64,000 nt of DNA, from assembly GCA_965644315.1 (NCBI GenBank), contig CBFFRQ010000036.1, forward strand, positions 1-64,000, given 5' to 3'. The notes beneath the pieces are model-generated. The model was not told the DNA's origin and did no database searches. It worked only from the letters and a program-made list of their open reading frames with translations. Made by a program: the position numbers and the translations under genes. Positions 46,301 to 57,318 of this stretch are shown in pieces (position 1 is the stretch's first letter; every line of letters starts with the position of its first letter). Source of the stretch: Caecitellus pseudoparvulus (lineage: Eukaryota > Protista > Bigyra: Bicosoecida).

Positions 46301-49300
46301 TGCCGCACCCCCCGCTCTCGTGGCACGGTATGCCCACGCCAGGTCAAAGTCCCTCAGCCAGCGCGCTGCAGAGGCAGTGGTGCTGGCTCCTCTCCGCAGC
46401 GCTGCACAGCACAGCGCCGCCGGCATGACTCCAGAGCAGGCAGAGGCGCTCGCGTCAGCTGTGGCGTCTCACGATGAGTCAGCAGATGCACTGCCGCCGG
46501 GCTTGGACCTGCTGCTGCCCACGGGGCCCCAAGCGGAGATGGACACACACGAGGGCGGCGGCAGCAAGTGGGAGGAAGAGGTGGACCCCGCCAAGGCGCT
46601 GAGTGTCTTGGACCCCAGCGCCTTTGAGTCCGCGGAGCAGGCGCTGGGGTCCAGCGACGTCACGACCTGTCGCCTGTCCCTGCTGGCCATCCGAGCCTTG
46701 GTGAGCCTAGCACAGAACACGGGAGACATGCACCCGGAGACGGAACACTTGAAGGAGTCGCTGCACTCCCTGGGCCGGGAGCTGTGTGGCGGGGAGGGGC
46801 TGTGGCGCGCCGTGGCAGGCACCTCCGCCACGCAGCTCGGCGTGTCCCCCTCCCAGATGTCCCGCTGCCTCGTGAGCCTGCACGCAGTGCTGCCGCTAAC
46901 GCCCCATGCTGTGCACAAACATTTGACCTCAGTGCGGGCAGAACTGACACCCTTCGAGAAGGAAGCGGCCGGGTGGGGCATGCCTGATTGGGCTGACTCA
47001 GAGGCGGCTCTACTGACCCCCCCTGCTCTGGCCTGCGTGCCGGTGGACGCGCCAGTGCCCCTGCCCACACGCGACGCAGGCGCCCAGGCAGGAGACACCA
47101 TCACAGCCAAGCCCACTGCGGGTCACAGTACTGGGGACAGCACCACGAACCTGCAGGCACTGGAACAGGGTCTGTCGGCCACTCATGCAGGGCAGGGGGC
47201 AATGTCAGCTGACTCTACCCTGTCCACCCTGGACCTGGGTGCCTTGGTGACTGCGGTGGGCCGCACGGTGTTCGCCTCCAAGGACTGGCTGCACAGCATG
47301 AAGCACAGCGGGCTAGGACACAGCACCCTGCCCCCGCCTGCTGTTCTGCGTGCGTTCGGCAGCGCCGATGCACTCGACAGCGCGCGCAGCCTGTCCTCTG
47401 GCATGCTGCACAGCTCCAAGCTGCACCTGCATCCCGGCAGTGTGGCGAGCTCCTTGGGTGGCGTGGCAACTGCGACGTTGCCTGCTGCGAACAGCACAGG
47501 TGGCGCGTCGCAAGGCAGTCTGGCTCTCGCAGAGGAGGCGGTGCTGGGACCCACCACTGTGACGGGGCACCCGACACAGCCCCACAGCGAAGTGCGTGGA
47601 TTCCGCCCCTTCATGATGGTGGGGCAGGTCCTTGTGGAGTCCAGCGTCGAGCAATTGCAGCGGGTGTTGGCCGAGGGGGGCGACGGGGCCCCGCACGCTG
47701 TACCACCAGACGTGCTGCAGCGCATGTCTTCCGACATGCAGGCGCACTCACGGGCCAAGCTGCGAGCATCTGCCTCCCACGCAGGGCCCCGCACGCTGGC
47801 TGCCCAAGCGGCAGCTCGAGCCGCTGTCAAGGCGGCAAGTGGGGGTCGAGGGGGGCTGGCTGGTGCACAGGCCACAGCGCCGCCCACCACTCGCTTCCAC
47901 CCCAAGGACATTGGCAAGGAGTTCCGACACCGCATAGCGCAGTTCCTGCCTGCGGACCAGGCGCCAGTGCCCCAAGATGAGCCACGAGGGGCGTCGCCTT
48001 CAGAACGCGCCAGCTCACCTGGAAACGCGCCTGACTCCGAGTCACGGAGCGATTCAGCACTGGCTGCGCTGGCACTAAACCTCCCTGGCTCGAAACCCCG
48101 CCGAGCCAGCAACATGGCGACGTCAGACCCAGTCCTGGCGCCCAAGGCGGTGAGTTTGCCAGGCAGGTCGGGTCGGCGGGCGCGACCCGCCCAGCAAACC
48201 GACAGCGCCAGCAGCCTCGCGCCGGCAGCCGCGGCGGTGCATGCCGAGAGCAAGAGTGGGCACTACGAGACTGCGATGGAGCAGGCCATTCACAGCTCTG
48301 TCCCACACATGGCGCTGCGGACACGTGGGCCCACTGCCCGCACGACGCACGAAGGCATCGCCCAGTCACGCGGGCGCGACCTGCTCGCGTGGGCTCCCAA
48401 GGCGCCCATCACGCAGCGGTGGAAGGCAGCTGGCATGGGGGGGGTCACACAGCGCACCTCCACCACGGAGGCACACTTGATGGCAGGGCAGGGGACGCCG
48501 CATGCCCGCTCGTCCGCGAGCGTGTCGCTGGAGCATGCGACCAAGAGCCTGGGCCTGTCGGCTTCGGCACGCCTCCCGCGTCGTCGAGAGAGTGCCTTCA
48601 AGGACAAGCGCAGGGACGACGGGACGGGGGGTTCCTTTGCTCCCCTTGCGTCCACCCTGCGCACGTCTGGCGGGCGTGTTGCGGGGTATGCACCGGCTGT
48701 CGGGGGCGGCGTCGCGACGCACATGTTCACGAGCGAGTCTGAGCGCAGAGGGCGCAAGACTATGCTGACCAGCCGGGACTATGCAGGGCATTTCCGGAAC
48801 CAGGGTCGAGGGGGTGGTCTGAAGATGGACGGCGTGGTGGCTGCGGAAACGCAAGGATTCGTGGCCGAGGCAGTGGCGCGGGGTCTGCAAGCGTCCAGCT
48901 CCCGCCACCTCGCGTCGCAGGCTTCCCTTGGCTCAAACGTCTCCGCCCTCGCATCCTCCCGCACTGCCGCTGAGATCCAGGATGACCTGCAGGCTGTGAA
49001 CGAGCAGTTTGCTGCGGTTGCTTCTAGTACTCGGCAGCCCCAGCTCCAAGGCTCCGATTCCACGGCTGGTCTGAGTTTCGCTGAGATCCAGGCGCAGCGG
49101 AAGCACGCCCTGGGGCACCAAGTATCCATGCTGCATGGACAGGGCGGTGACACGGGGAACGGCATCGTGGACCGCGTGCGGAAAGTCCGCTCGGCACATG
49201 TGCTCATGGCCAGCGGCCGGCGCTCTGTGCAGGGCACTGCGACGGAGCCGGACTCCGCCCCTGAACCTGCGGCAACCGCACCTCCTCCTGCACACGTCCC

Positions 49301-49436
49301 TGCCCTGCCCCTGCATGAGTTGCAGGCTGCATCGCCTGCTGCGAGGTCTGCTCGCAGTCTCAAGTCGGTGTTCGGCAAGCAGCCGGCGAAGTGGGGCGGG
49401 GGCGCCTCCCCTGCCAAACGCCACAGCGCGAGGTGA
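43354..49436 (+). CDS. Hypothetical ~2000-aa protein; helical/ARM-like N-terminal part and long Ser/Pro/Ala-rich disordered regions
   Basis: ATG 43354. The 68-nt intron 43505..43572 joins it in phase to ORF 43575..49436. Host-like codon usage; no family motif recognised. Confidence 0.7.
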
Positions 49437-49488
49437 GCGGGGTGTGCAAGCAATGCACTGGAAATGAACCATGCATTTGGGATAGTGC

Positions 49489-52400
49489 TCACCGCGACTG
49501 GAACTTAAACAGGCTCTGCACCAACATCTTGAGCAGGATCATGCCCACAAGGAAGCCGGTGACGATGCCCATGTTGGTGAAGCGTGCGTCGTAGTCAAAG
49601 TCGTAGGTCTGGGCCGTGAAGTCTTCCAGTGTCATGGAGACGGGGCCGCGGGGAGTGATGGCTTGCAGGGTGAGGCAGTCCGACTTGTCGTTGCAGTGCA
49701 CGGCGACTGTGATGAGTCCCTCCACGATGTACTTCAGGGGGTTCACGTACAGCATCCACACCCAGTAGTCGGGGACGAGGGGCTTGGGTGCCAGGAAGCC
49801 GCTGAACAGCATGAACAGGGATGCGCCGCCGCCTGCGATGATCTGTGCAACCTGCGGTGTCGGCGTGACGGCCATGAGCAGCTGGCCAGTGGACACGAAG
49901 AAGAGCGCAGCCATGAAAGAAGCCAGGTAGAAGTACCCGAACACTTCCGGGCTCTTGTTCGTAAAGTCAATGAGGTTGTAGAAGGAGGCCAGGAACAGTG
50001 CCACGGCTGCTGCGCAAATGGGCACCTCCATAAGCAGCTGGGCACTGGCGTACGTGCTGGGGTGGTACATGTTCACTGCTGTCTCGCGGTAGAAGGGGGG
50101 GCGCTCCATGGCTAGCGAGGCGAAGGCCGTCATCATGCCGGAAATGCCCACGAACAGCGAGCCGATGAAGAGCACCCCCGAGAGGCTGTTGGCGCCTGCG
50201 ACGGTGTCGCCCTTGACATTGGAGTAAATGAGACCGAAGATAATGCCCAGCATGGTGAGGATGCGCAGGCGCAGCCACATGTACTTGGGGTTGCGCCACG
50301 TGGACAGCACCTGGCGCCACAGCACGTGCTTGAACTGCACACTGTACGAGGCCATGTACCCTCCCTGCTCGGCTTGCGCCTTGAGGGGGGCGGCGTCGTC
50401 AAAGGCTGCAGCGGCGTCGGCGCCGCCGAGGCGTTCGCACTCGGCGGCGTTTGACGCACACAGTGCGGAGCTGGCGTACCACTGTGCGCACACAGTGCCG
50501 TGGTCGGCCATCTTCGCGTCCTTGGTCAGCCCAGTGACGTGTCCCAGGATGCTGCGGTCGCCAGTGGCTGCCTCTTCCAGTGCCGCCACGCCAGCGGCTG
50601 TGGACTTCTGTCGCAGCACGCGGAGCATCCAGTCCGCTACGTTGGTGCGAGGGGGCAGGGGGGCCGTGCCAGGGACTGACTTGAGGAAGGACGTGAAGGT
50701 CGTCGCACGCTGCCCCATGGGGCCGAAGTACACTTGTTCTCCACGGGTCTTGAGTAGCAGCAGCGCGTCGAAATCGTAGAACAACGAGGCGGAGGGCTGG
50801 TGAATGGTGCAGACGATAGAGCGGCCCTGGGAGGCGATGCGACGCAGCACGCGCACCACCATGGCCGCAGACTGCGCGTCCAGGCCGCTGGTGGGTTCGT
50901 CCAGGAAGAGGATGGCGGGGTTGGACGCCAGCTCCACGCCGATGGTGAGCAACTTCCGCGCACCGGCGGGTAGGGCGCCGGGCGTTCCAGCGTTTCCCAC
51001 CAGCAAGTCGGCAGAAGCCGTCAGGTCCAGCACAGCCAGGATGTTGTCCACAAACGCTTCCACCTGCTCGTCGGAGACGGTTTCTGGCAGGCGCAGTCGC
51101 CCGGACAGCGCAATACACTCCCGCACAGTGGACCAGGGCATGTGCTGGTCCATTTGCTCACAGTAGGCGCTGATGGCGGGCAGGTTCACGTCCCCCACCG
51201 GCTTGCCGTTCACGGTGATGGTGCCTTCCACAGTGCCCATGTTCTTGCGCTGTGCCAGGACATCCAGCAGGGTGGTCTTGCCTGCACCGCTGGCACCCAT
51301 GAGGCACACCATGGAATACGGCTTGGCGAAGCCGTGAATGCCGTGCAGCAGCTGGCGCGAGGAGCCGTCTTCCAGGGGCACAGTGTAGCTGAGTGCGGAC
51401 CACGCCATGGTCATGTGCGGGAATGCAATGGGCGGTGTGAACACCTTCTCCGCCATGACGTCCATGCCCACCGTGGACGAGGCATTGAACATGGGCACAG
51501 CCGGACCAGTCGTCGAATCAGGCGCTCCTTGCGCCAGGGCGGCCTCCATGCGCCGCACTCGCTGCTTGAACTGTTTGTCCAGGGCTTCTTGGCGGTCCTG
51601 CAGCAAGTCCTGTGTCGCCTGCAAGATGCCTGCCTCAGAATCCTCCAAGTGCACGGAGCGCCCGCCGCCCGAGACGGAGGAGGAGCATGACAGGGCAGCT
51701 GCCGCACAGGCAGTGAGGGCGAGGAACATGGCCAGCAGGACGGCAACAGAGTACCAGATCCACACCGTATCCGTCTGCACGTCGAAGGACTCCAGGTACA
51801 CGTCTCCGCGGCGCACGGGTGAAGCGGGAGACACAGGGTCGTCGTACGCCGACGATTTGAACTCGTTGATGGTGAGGGCTCGCAAGATCCAGTTGAAGGG
51901 GGACAGGTACACCAACCAGCTGAGCCAGGAAGGCATGAGTTCCGGCGTGATGAGGAAACCAGCCAGGACGGAGGAAATGCCCGTGAGGGGCCCGGCAGCA
52001 GCCTGCGCGGCTTGCAGGTCAGGAATGGCGTGGGCTACGAAGCGGAACAGGGCGCCCATAGTCATGGACGCCAAGAACACGACGAAGAGGAAGACGAAGA
52101 AGTGGTCCACGCCTGGCGTGAGGCCCACCATGAAGTAGGTGATGATGGAGAACAGCGACGCATCCACGACAGAAACGGGGGCTGCCATGAGCACTGTGGA
52201 CAGGACGTACAGCACAGGGGAGTACATGAGCGCGTCGCGCTGTTTGAGGACGATCTTGCGCGCGTAGTTGGTGGGCTCCACGGCGGAAATCTGGACGAAC
52301 GCGACGAGGGCCGCGGCGAAGAAAATGACGCCGAACAGCGCCTGGAACTTGGTGTTGTCAGTGTCCCAGAACACACTGCCGATGACCAGTGCCATGACGA

Positions 52401-54981
52401 TGGCCTGCACCATGCGGGCGCGCAGTGCGATAGTGTCGCGGATGGTGAGCCGTGCCTCGCGCTGCAGCAGCACCGCCATTTGCTGGCAGCAGGAGGCGGT
52501 GAACTCCGGGCCGTACTGCGCCTGCACGAAGCTGGACTCCAGAGTGGTGGTGACGGAAGCCTGCCGTCGCAGGCTGGTGGCACTGATTGTGGTGGTGCCG
52601 GCAGGCGGCGTCGCCGGCATCACTTGCCCCTCCTTGCCGGGGCTGGAGTCACTGACGGCCACAGCCACAGCCTCAAGCGGCGCCGCCCCCCGTGCATCTT
52701 GCACGTCCTGTACCTGGCTGGCATTCCAAGGCTTCACAACGCCTGACGGGCGCAGGTCTGCATCCAGCACTTCCGTCGCCTCCGAGATGGTGAGCGCTTG
52801 CAGGTCAGCCGTGTGTGCTGCAATTTCCGCATCCCGCGCGTCGCCGCCTTCTTCCGTGTACAGCCGCGTCTCCGCGTCAATGAGGGCTGCCATGCGTGGT
52901 TTGAAGGCTGCAAAGTGTTCCATGAGTCCCTGCGTGGTGAAGGTGGCCGCTTCGCGCTCCAGGACACTGCGGAACGTCGCATGCACCAGCGCCGCCCGCG
53001 CAGCCACCACTGCCGCAACAGCAGCAGATTTCCCCGCCGCCGCCACCGCCGCCTCCAGCGCAGACTCCAGATTCGTGCCTTCTTCGGCCAGCTGGGTGTA
53101 TGCAGCAGCCAGGAAGGCCAGGGCGGCAGTGGGCGTGTTGTCAGGCGGGGTGAGGTGCCCGGGGCCGTACGTGACCACATCCACCACTGCAGCAGCCAAC
53201 AGAGCGCTGATGGCTGAGTCCCCCGCCGTGGCGCCCGTCGCCACACCTGCAGAGGACAGCAGGGAAATGGGCACTTGGCTGGGCGAGGGCCCAGCGGTGG
53301 CCAGCGCGGCAGGCGGCAGAAACGCCAGCTGCTCCTTTGTCAGGTACTTGAAGCTTGCAGCGGCCTTCCATGCGACAGAGGCACTGCCGTCGCCATCCAA
53401 CGGCTCTTGGTCAGGCCCCGTGGTCGGAGACGTGGGTGAGGGTGCCTCGCCTGCGCTGGTAGCGTCCTGTGGCGCCTGCCGCGCCGCGAGGGCGGCTTCG
53501 TGCTGCACCAACAGGGCGGCGGTTTTCTGCTTCAAGAACAGCTCCATGGGCGACGACACGAAAGCCTGCAGGAAGTCAGCAGTGTCTTCATCGGCCGGAA
53601 CACTGAGGCCCAGGGAGTTCAAGAACGCCTCCACTCGGTCGCGCCGGCCGTGGTACATGATGCGGCCGTCGCGAATGAGCATGATGTGGGTGAAGGTTTG
53701 AAACGCCTCTGGCGGCGCGGCAAGCATTGACGACACGACGGTGCTGCGCCAGGCCTTGGCCAGAACACGCATGAACCGGCAAATGTCCACAGTGGTGGCG
53801 CTGTCCAAGCCCGTCGTGATCTTGTCCAGCAGCCACACACGGGACTGCCCCATGTACATCTCCGCAAAGGTCGTGCGTTTGCGCTCGCCCCCCGACACGC
53901 CGCGCAGCAGCTCATTGCCCACGATGGTGTCAGCGCACGATGTCAAGTGCAGCTCGGCCAGTGTGCGGTCTACGCGCTGCTTGATGTGTGCCTCCGCTGC
54001 AGAGGACTCCAGCTTCCCCAAGTCAGCGTTCAGCATGCGGTGGGCCAGCGTGAGCGTTTCCCGCACCGTCAGCGTGGCCAGGTGGACGTCGTCCTCGCCC
54101 ACGAAGCCCACCAGACGCTGGATGTTCACGCTTGGATCATCGCCGGGCTTGCCGTTGTACGTCACCTGTGCAGTGTGTGAAGAGGGGCGGCCAGTTGAGA
54201 GATGCTGCGTTGGGAGGCAGCATTTGAAACCTGCCGCCACCACGCACCGACCCAGACAGCTTTTTCGCATCAATTCGCCCCGAAAGAGCTCGCATGAAGG
54301 TCGACACGCCAGCCGTTCCGGGAGGGGCGATGATCTGCGGACAGGGGGGGGGCTTCCGGAACGTGATCCGCCGAAGCGGGAAGCGAGCGGACCATTCCGC
54401 GGCCACCTCGCTGCCGCCTGCCGCAGACCCTGCCGACGCACCAGGGTCATGGTCCCAGGCTCAAGAGAACCAGACATGCCTTGCAGCACAGGGAAGTCCT
54501 TGGTCTTCGCCAGGCACGGCGGGGCAGGGGGGCCCCCAGCTGCGAGCAAGGGAAGGGTGCGGAAATTGAGGCTGGCGACACAAGGTGTCCCAGCCGCCCC
54601 ACGCAATGATGGCGATCTCCAGGGGACAGGAAGGCACGGGGATGCAATTCTCATACATACATGCTCGGGTTGGTGCGGGAACCGTGTACCCTAGGTCCTT
54701 GAATTCGATCTGGAGGGTGCGGAAAGCGAGCGGAGTACAGCGGAGTGGCTGCAGCGGCAAACCCCGCAGCGGCCCGCATGCCGACGCACCTTGCAAGCTG
54801 GCATCTTGTCCATGGTGACTGCATGGTCCAACTGGCCGTCCAAGAATTCAGGGTTCCACACGCGCATGAGCTGCGCCACCTTGACGAGGCAGGCGCCTTC
54901 GCTGGCTTGGGACGCGGCATCAGGCGTCAGCTCCGCATCAGCTGAGCTGCCTCTGGCAGAAGCAGCTGCTGGCGCCGCCAT
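49489..54981 (-). CDS. Full-size ABCG/PDR-type ABC transporter (NBD1-TMD1-NBD2-TMD2); 5' exon structure approximate
   Basis: RGVSGGERKR, LMGASGAGKTTLLDVLA, AYCEQMDQH, LTIGVELASNPAILFLDEPTSGLD, CTIHQPS, ERPPFYRE and two TM blocks. Upstream exons start at ATG 54981. Confidence 0.95.
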
Positions 54982-55329
54982 GGGTGAGCCTTGCTTGAGT
55001 GTGGTGAACTCACAACACAAAAGCATGGGGTGAATGGGGGGAGGTGGAAAGATGATAGTGAATGAGATTTGTGCCGGCCCCAGCTTTGCAACCCAGAGTA
55101 CGCTGACAGTCAGCGCTCCCGCACAACACCCTCCCACTCCCTTGTCTCGTGCCCAATTCTCACCCCTGTGCTGGGCAAATTGCAGAGCATGCCAACTTGA
55201 AGCCTTTTACTTCGGCAGCATCTACCCACCCAACCTGCTGCATATTGAAACTGAAAGCAGGTCCCTTTGCATGCTGCAGTAGCGGGCCTGGACTGCCTGG
55301 CGTGGTGGCGAGCGGAAATTGGACCGGGC

Positions 55330-56703
55330 ATGGCCGACGCCACGTCTTCTCCTGCAAAAGTGCAAGGGGCAGGTGCCCTGGACAAGGCGTTGCAAGATGC
55401 CCCTGCCCTGAGAGGTGTGGATGGTGGCTTCACTGCTACGAGCATCACACAGCGCCTGGCTCGCATCATGCGTTCAGCTTGCGCCGTCTCCAAGGCAGGC
55501 GCTTCTGCGCAATGTGGAGATGCTGTGGAGGCGCTAGCTGCAAGCATGGAAGCGGGGGGCGACATTCCCCCCCTGCAACCTGCGCCGACAAGCCTCCCTA
55601 CCACGCACCGCATCGACTCTGCCTGGGCAGAGGCGTGGGAGGGAGCGTTTCCAGCCGGCAGCACCTGGCTCACTGTGCCGTGGTTCGACGTCGAAGCAGC
55701 CGCATACCGCCTGTTGCTGAGTGCACTGCGGCAGGACGGCGTGGAGGGCGCCTTGAAAGACGATTCCTTTGATCCTTTCGCGGCGCAGAAGGCTGCGCTC
55801 TTGCAGGCTGCAGAACAGCCGTGGGCGCAGTCTGTGGTGCCGCTGCTGGGGCATGCGTCTGACACAGAGCAGCTATTGCTGCGGGCACTGTGGGGCAACC
55901 GTGCCGACTTGAGTCTATCAGGAGGTGACCCTGTGACTCATGAAACGCAGGAGGCGGGCGGGGCAGCGCTTGGCCCCTTTGCTCGCGGCTTGTTGGCAGA
56001 CGACTCGACTGCTGCGTTGGCGTTGCTGGGCGGCAGCTTGACTCGCGGCGTCTGCATGGTGCTGGACAACGCAGGGCTGGAACTGCTGTCAGACCTGGCG
56101 CTGGCCGACCACCTGCTGAGCGGAAACGCCCGCCACGTGACTCTGCTGTGCAAGCCGGCTCCGATTTTCGTGTCTGACGCACTTCCAGGTGACGTTCGCA
56201 CGACCATTGACTGGCTGGCGGCGAGGGAGGTGGGTGGCGCCACCTGCCCTGCCACGCAGGCACTGGGGGCCAGGTTGCAAGGGTGCCTGAGTGAGGGGCG
56301 CCTGCGTATTACGACGCACGACTGGACTGTGTCTCGCCACGCGCTGTGGGAGGCGCCGCACGATCTTTGGTCGGAGCTGCGTGCCCACTCCCTCGTCATC
56401 GTCAAAGGCGACGCCAATTACCGCCGTCTACTGGGAGACCGCCTCGTGCCCTTTGACACGCCGTGGGCTGACGTGCTGCGTTACGCCACCGGAGTCAACC
56501 TCATCGCCCTGCGCACAGCTAAAAGCGGCGTGTTAGCCGGCACACCCCTCAGCGTTTGTGCTGCTGCCCAGGCATTCCTGGACCCCACAGCCCCGACAGT
56601 TGATGTGGCCGACTGGGACAAGGCGAAGGTGGCTCTGCTTGCGCGGGATGCCTGGTTGACGAGCGGGAAGTTCGGCGTCGTGCAGGTGCATAGGGGAATC
56701 TGA
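55330..56703 (+). CDS. ARMT1: Damage-control phosphatase ARMT1/DUF89 family
   Basis: PWFDVEAAAYR, FDPFAAQK, LWGNRADLS, VLDNAGLELLSDL, FVSDA, KGDANYRRLLGD, LRTAKS. Confidence 0.92.
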   Translation: MADATSSPAKVQGAGALDKALQDAPALRGVDGGFTATSITQRLARIMRSACAVSKAGASAQCGDAVEALAASMEAGGDIPPLQPAPTSLPTTHRIDSAWAEAWEGAFPAGSTWLTVPWFDVEAAAYRLLLSALRQDGVEGALKDDSFDPFAAQKAALLQAAEQPWAQSVVPLLGHASDTEQLLLRALWGNRADLSLSGGDPVTHETQEAGGAALGPFARGLLADDSTAALALLGGSLTRGVCMVLDNAGLELLSDLALADHLLSGNARHVTLLCKPAPIFVSDALPGDVRTTIDWLAAREVGGATCPATQALGARLQGCLSEGRLRITTHDWTVSRHALWEAPHDLWSELRAHSLVIVKGDANYRRLLGDRLVPFDTPWADVLRYATGVNLIALRTAKSGVLAGTPLSVCAAAQAFLDPTAPTVDVADWDKAKVALLARDAWLTSGKFGVVQVHRGI

Positions 56704-57318
56704 GGCCTCTGTCGTTGGGTAGAAAGCTGCGAACCTGAACTTGCAATGGCTCGGTTGTGAGGTGCTGGTTAGCCGTGGAACGTGGCTCTCGCAGAGGTGG
56801 CTTGTCTTTGCACGCAGTCTGTGCCTTGCGTCAACCCTCCAATGGTTTCTGCTCTCGAGTGCATTTAAGCGCCCTAGCCGATCAGGCCATTGCGCAGCGG
56901 GCGTAGCAATCTCAACGAACTCGCCCAGCTTTGAGGCACTGCGGTTGTTGAACGCCCTCACTCTGAGTGTCTGCGAGAATTCTCTCGAGGGCCCGAACTT
57001 CGGCCCTGACGAATCCAATATCGGCTTTATCCTGAAGTACGCGACCGTGCCTGGACTTCCTCTTGCACGCCGGACTGCCCTGCTCGCGAAGCAACCGCAG
57101 ATGGGCCGCAAACCACAAGACTCGACTGGGAAGTGCTGCAGGACCACACAAAGGGCCAGCAGTAGGCGAGTCTTTGCGCTCTTCGCTCTTTCGTGCAGGC
57201 CATCGTGTGGCGCTGAGCAACGAAGCCAGTGTGGGCCAGCGAGGTGCTCCAGAGTCTGGCAACACCTGCTCTTGCAGCTACTGAGGACGATTGATGCGAC
57301 TTCCACGTACAATGTACT

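Noticed and set aside
56704-57318. Extra gene in the ARMT1-LRR gap (ORFs 56741..57331 + and 56533..57312 -)
   Set aside because: Non-ATG or overlapping starts, atypical codon usage and no motifs; most likely UTR/promoter.
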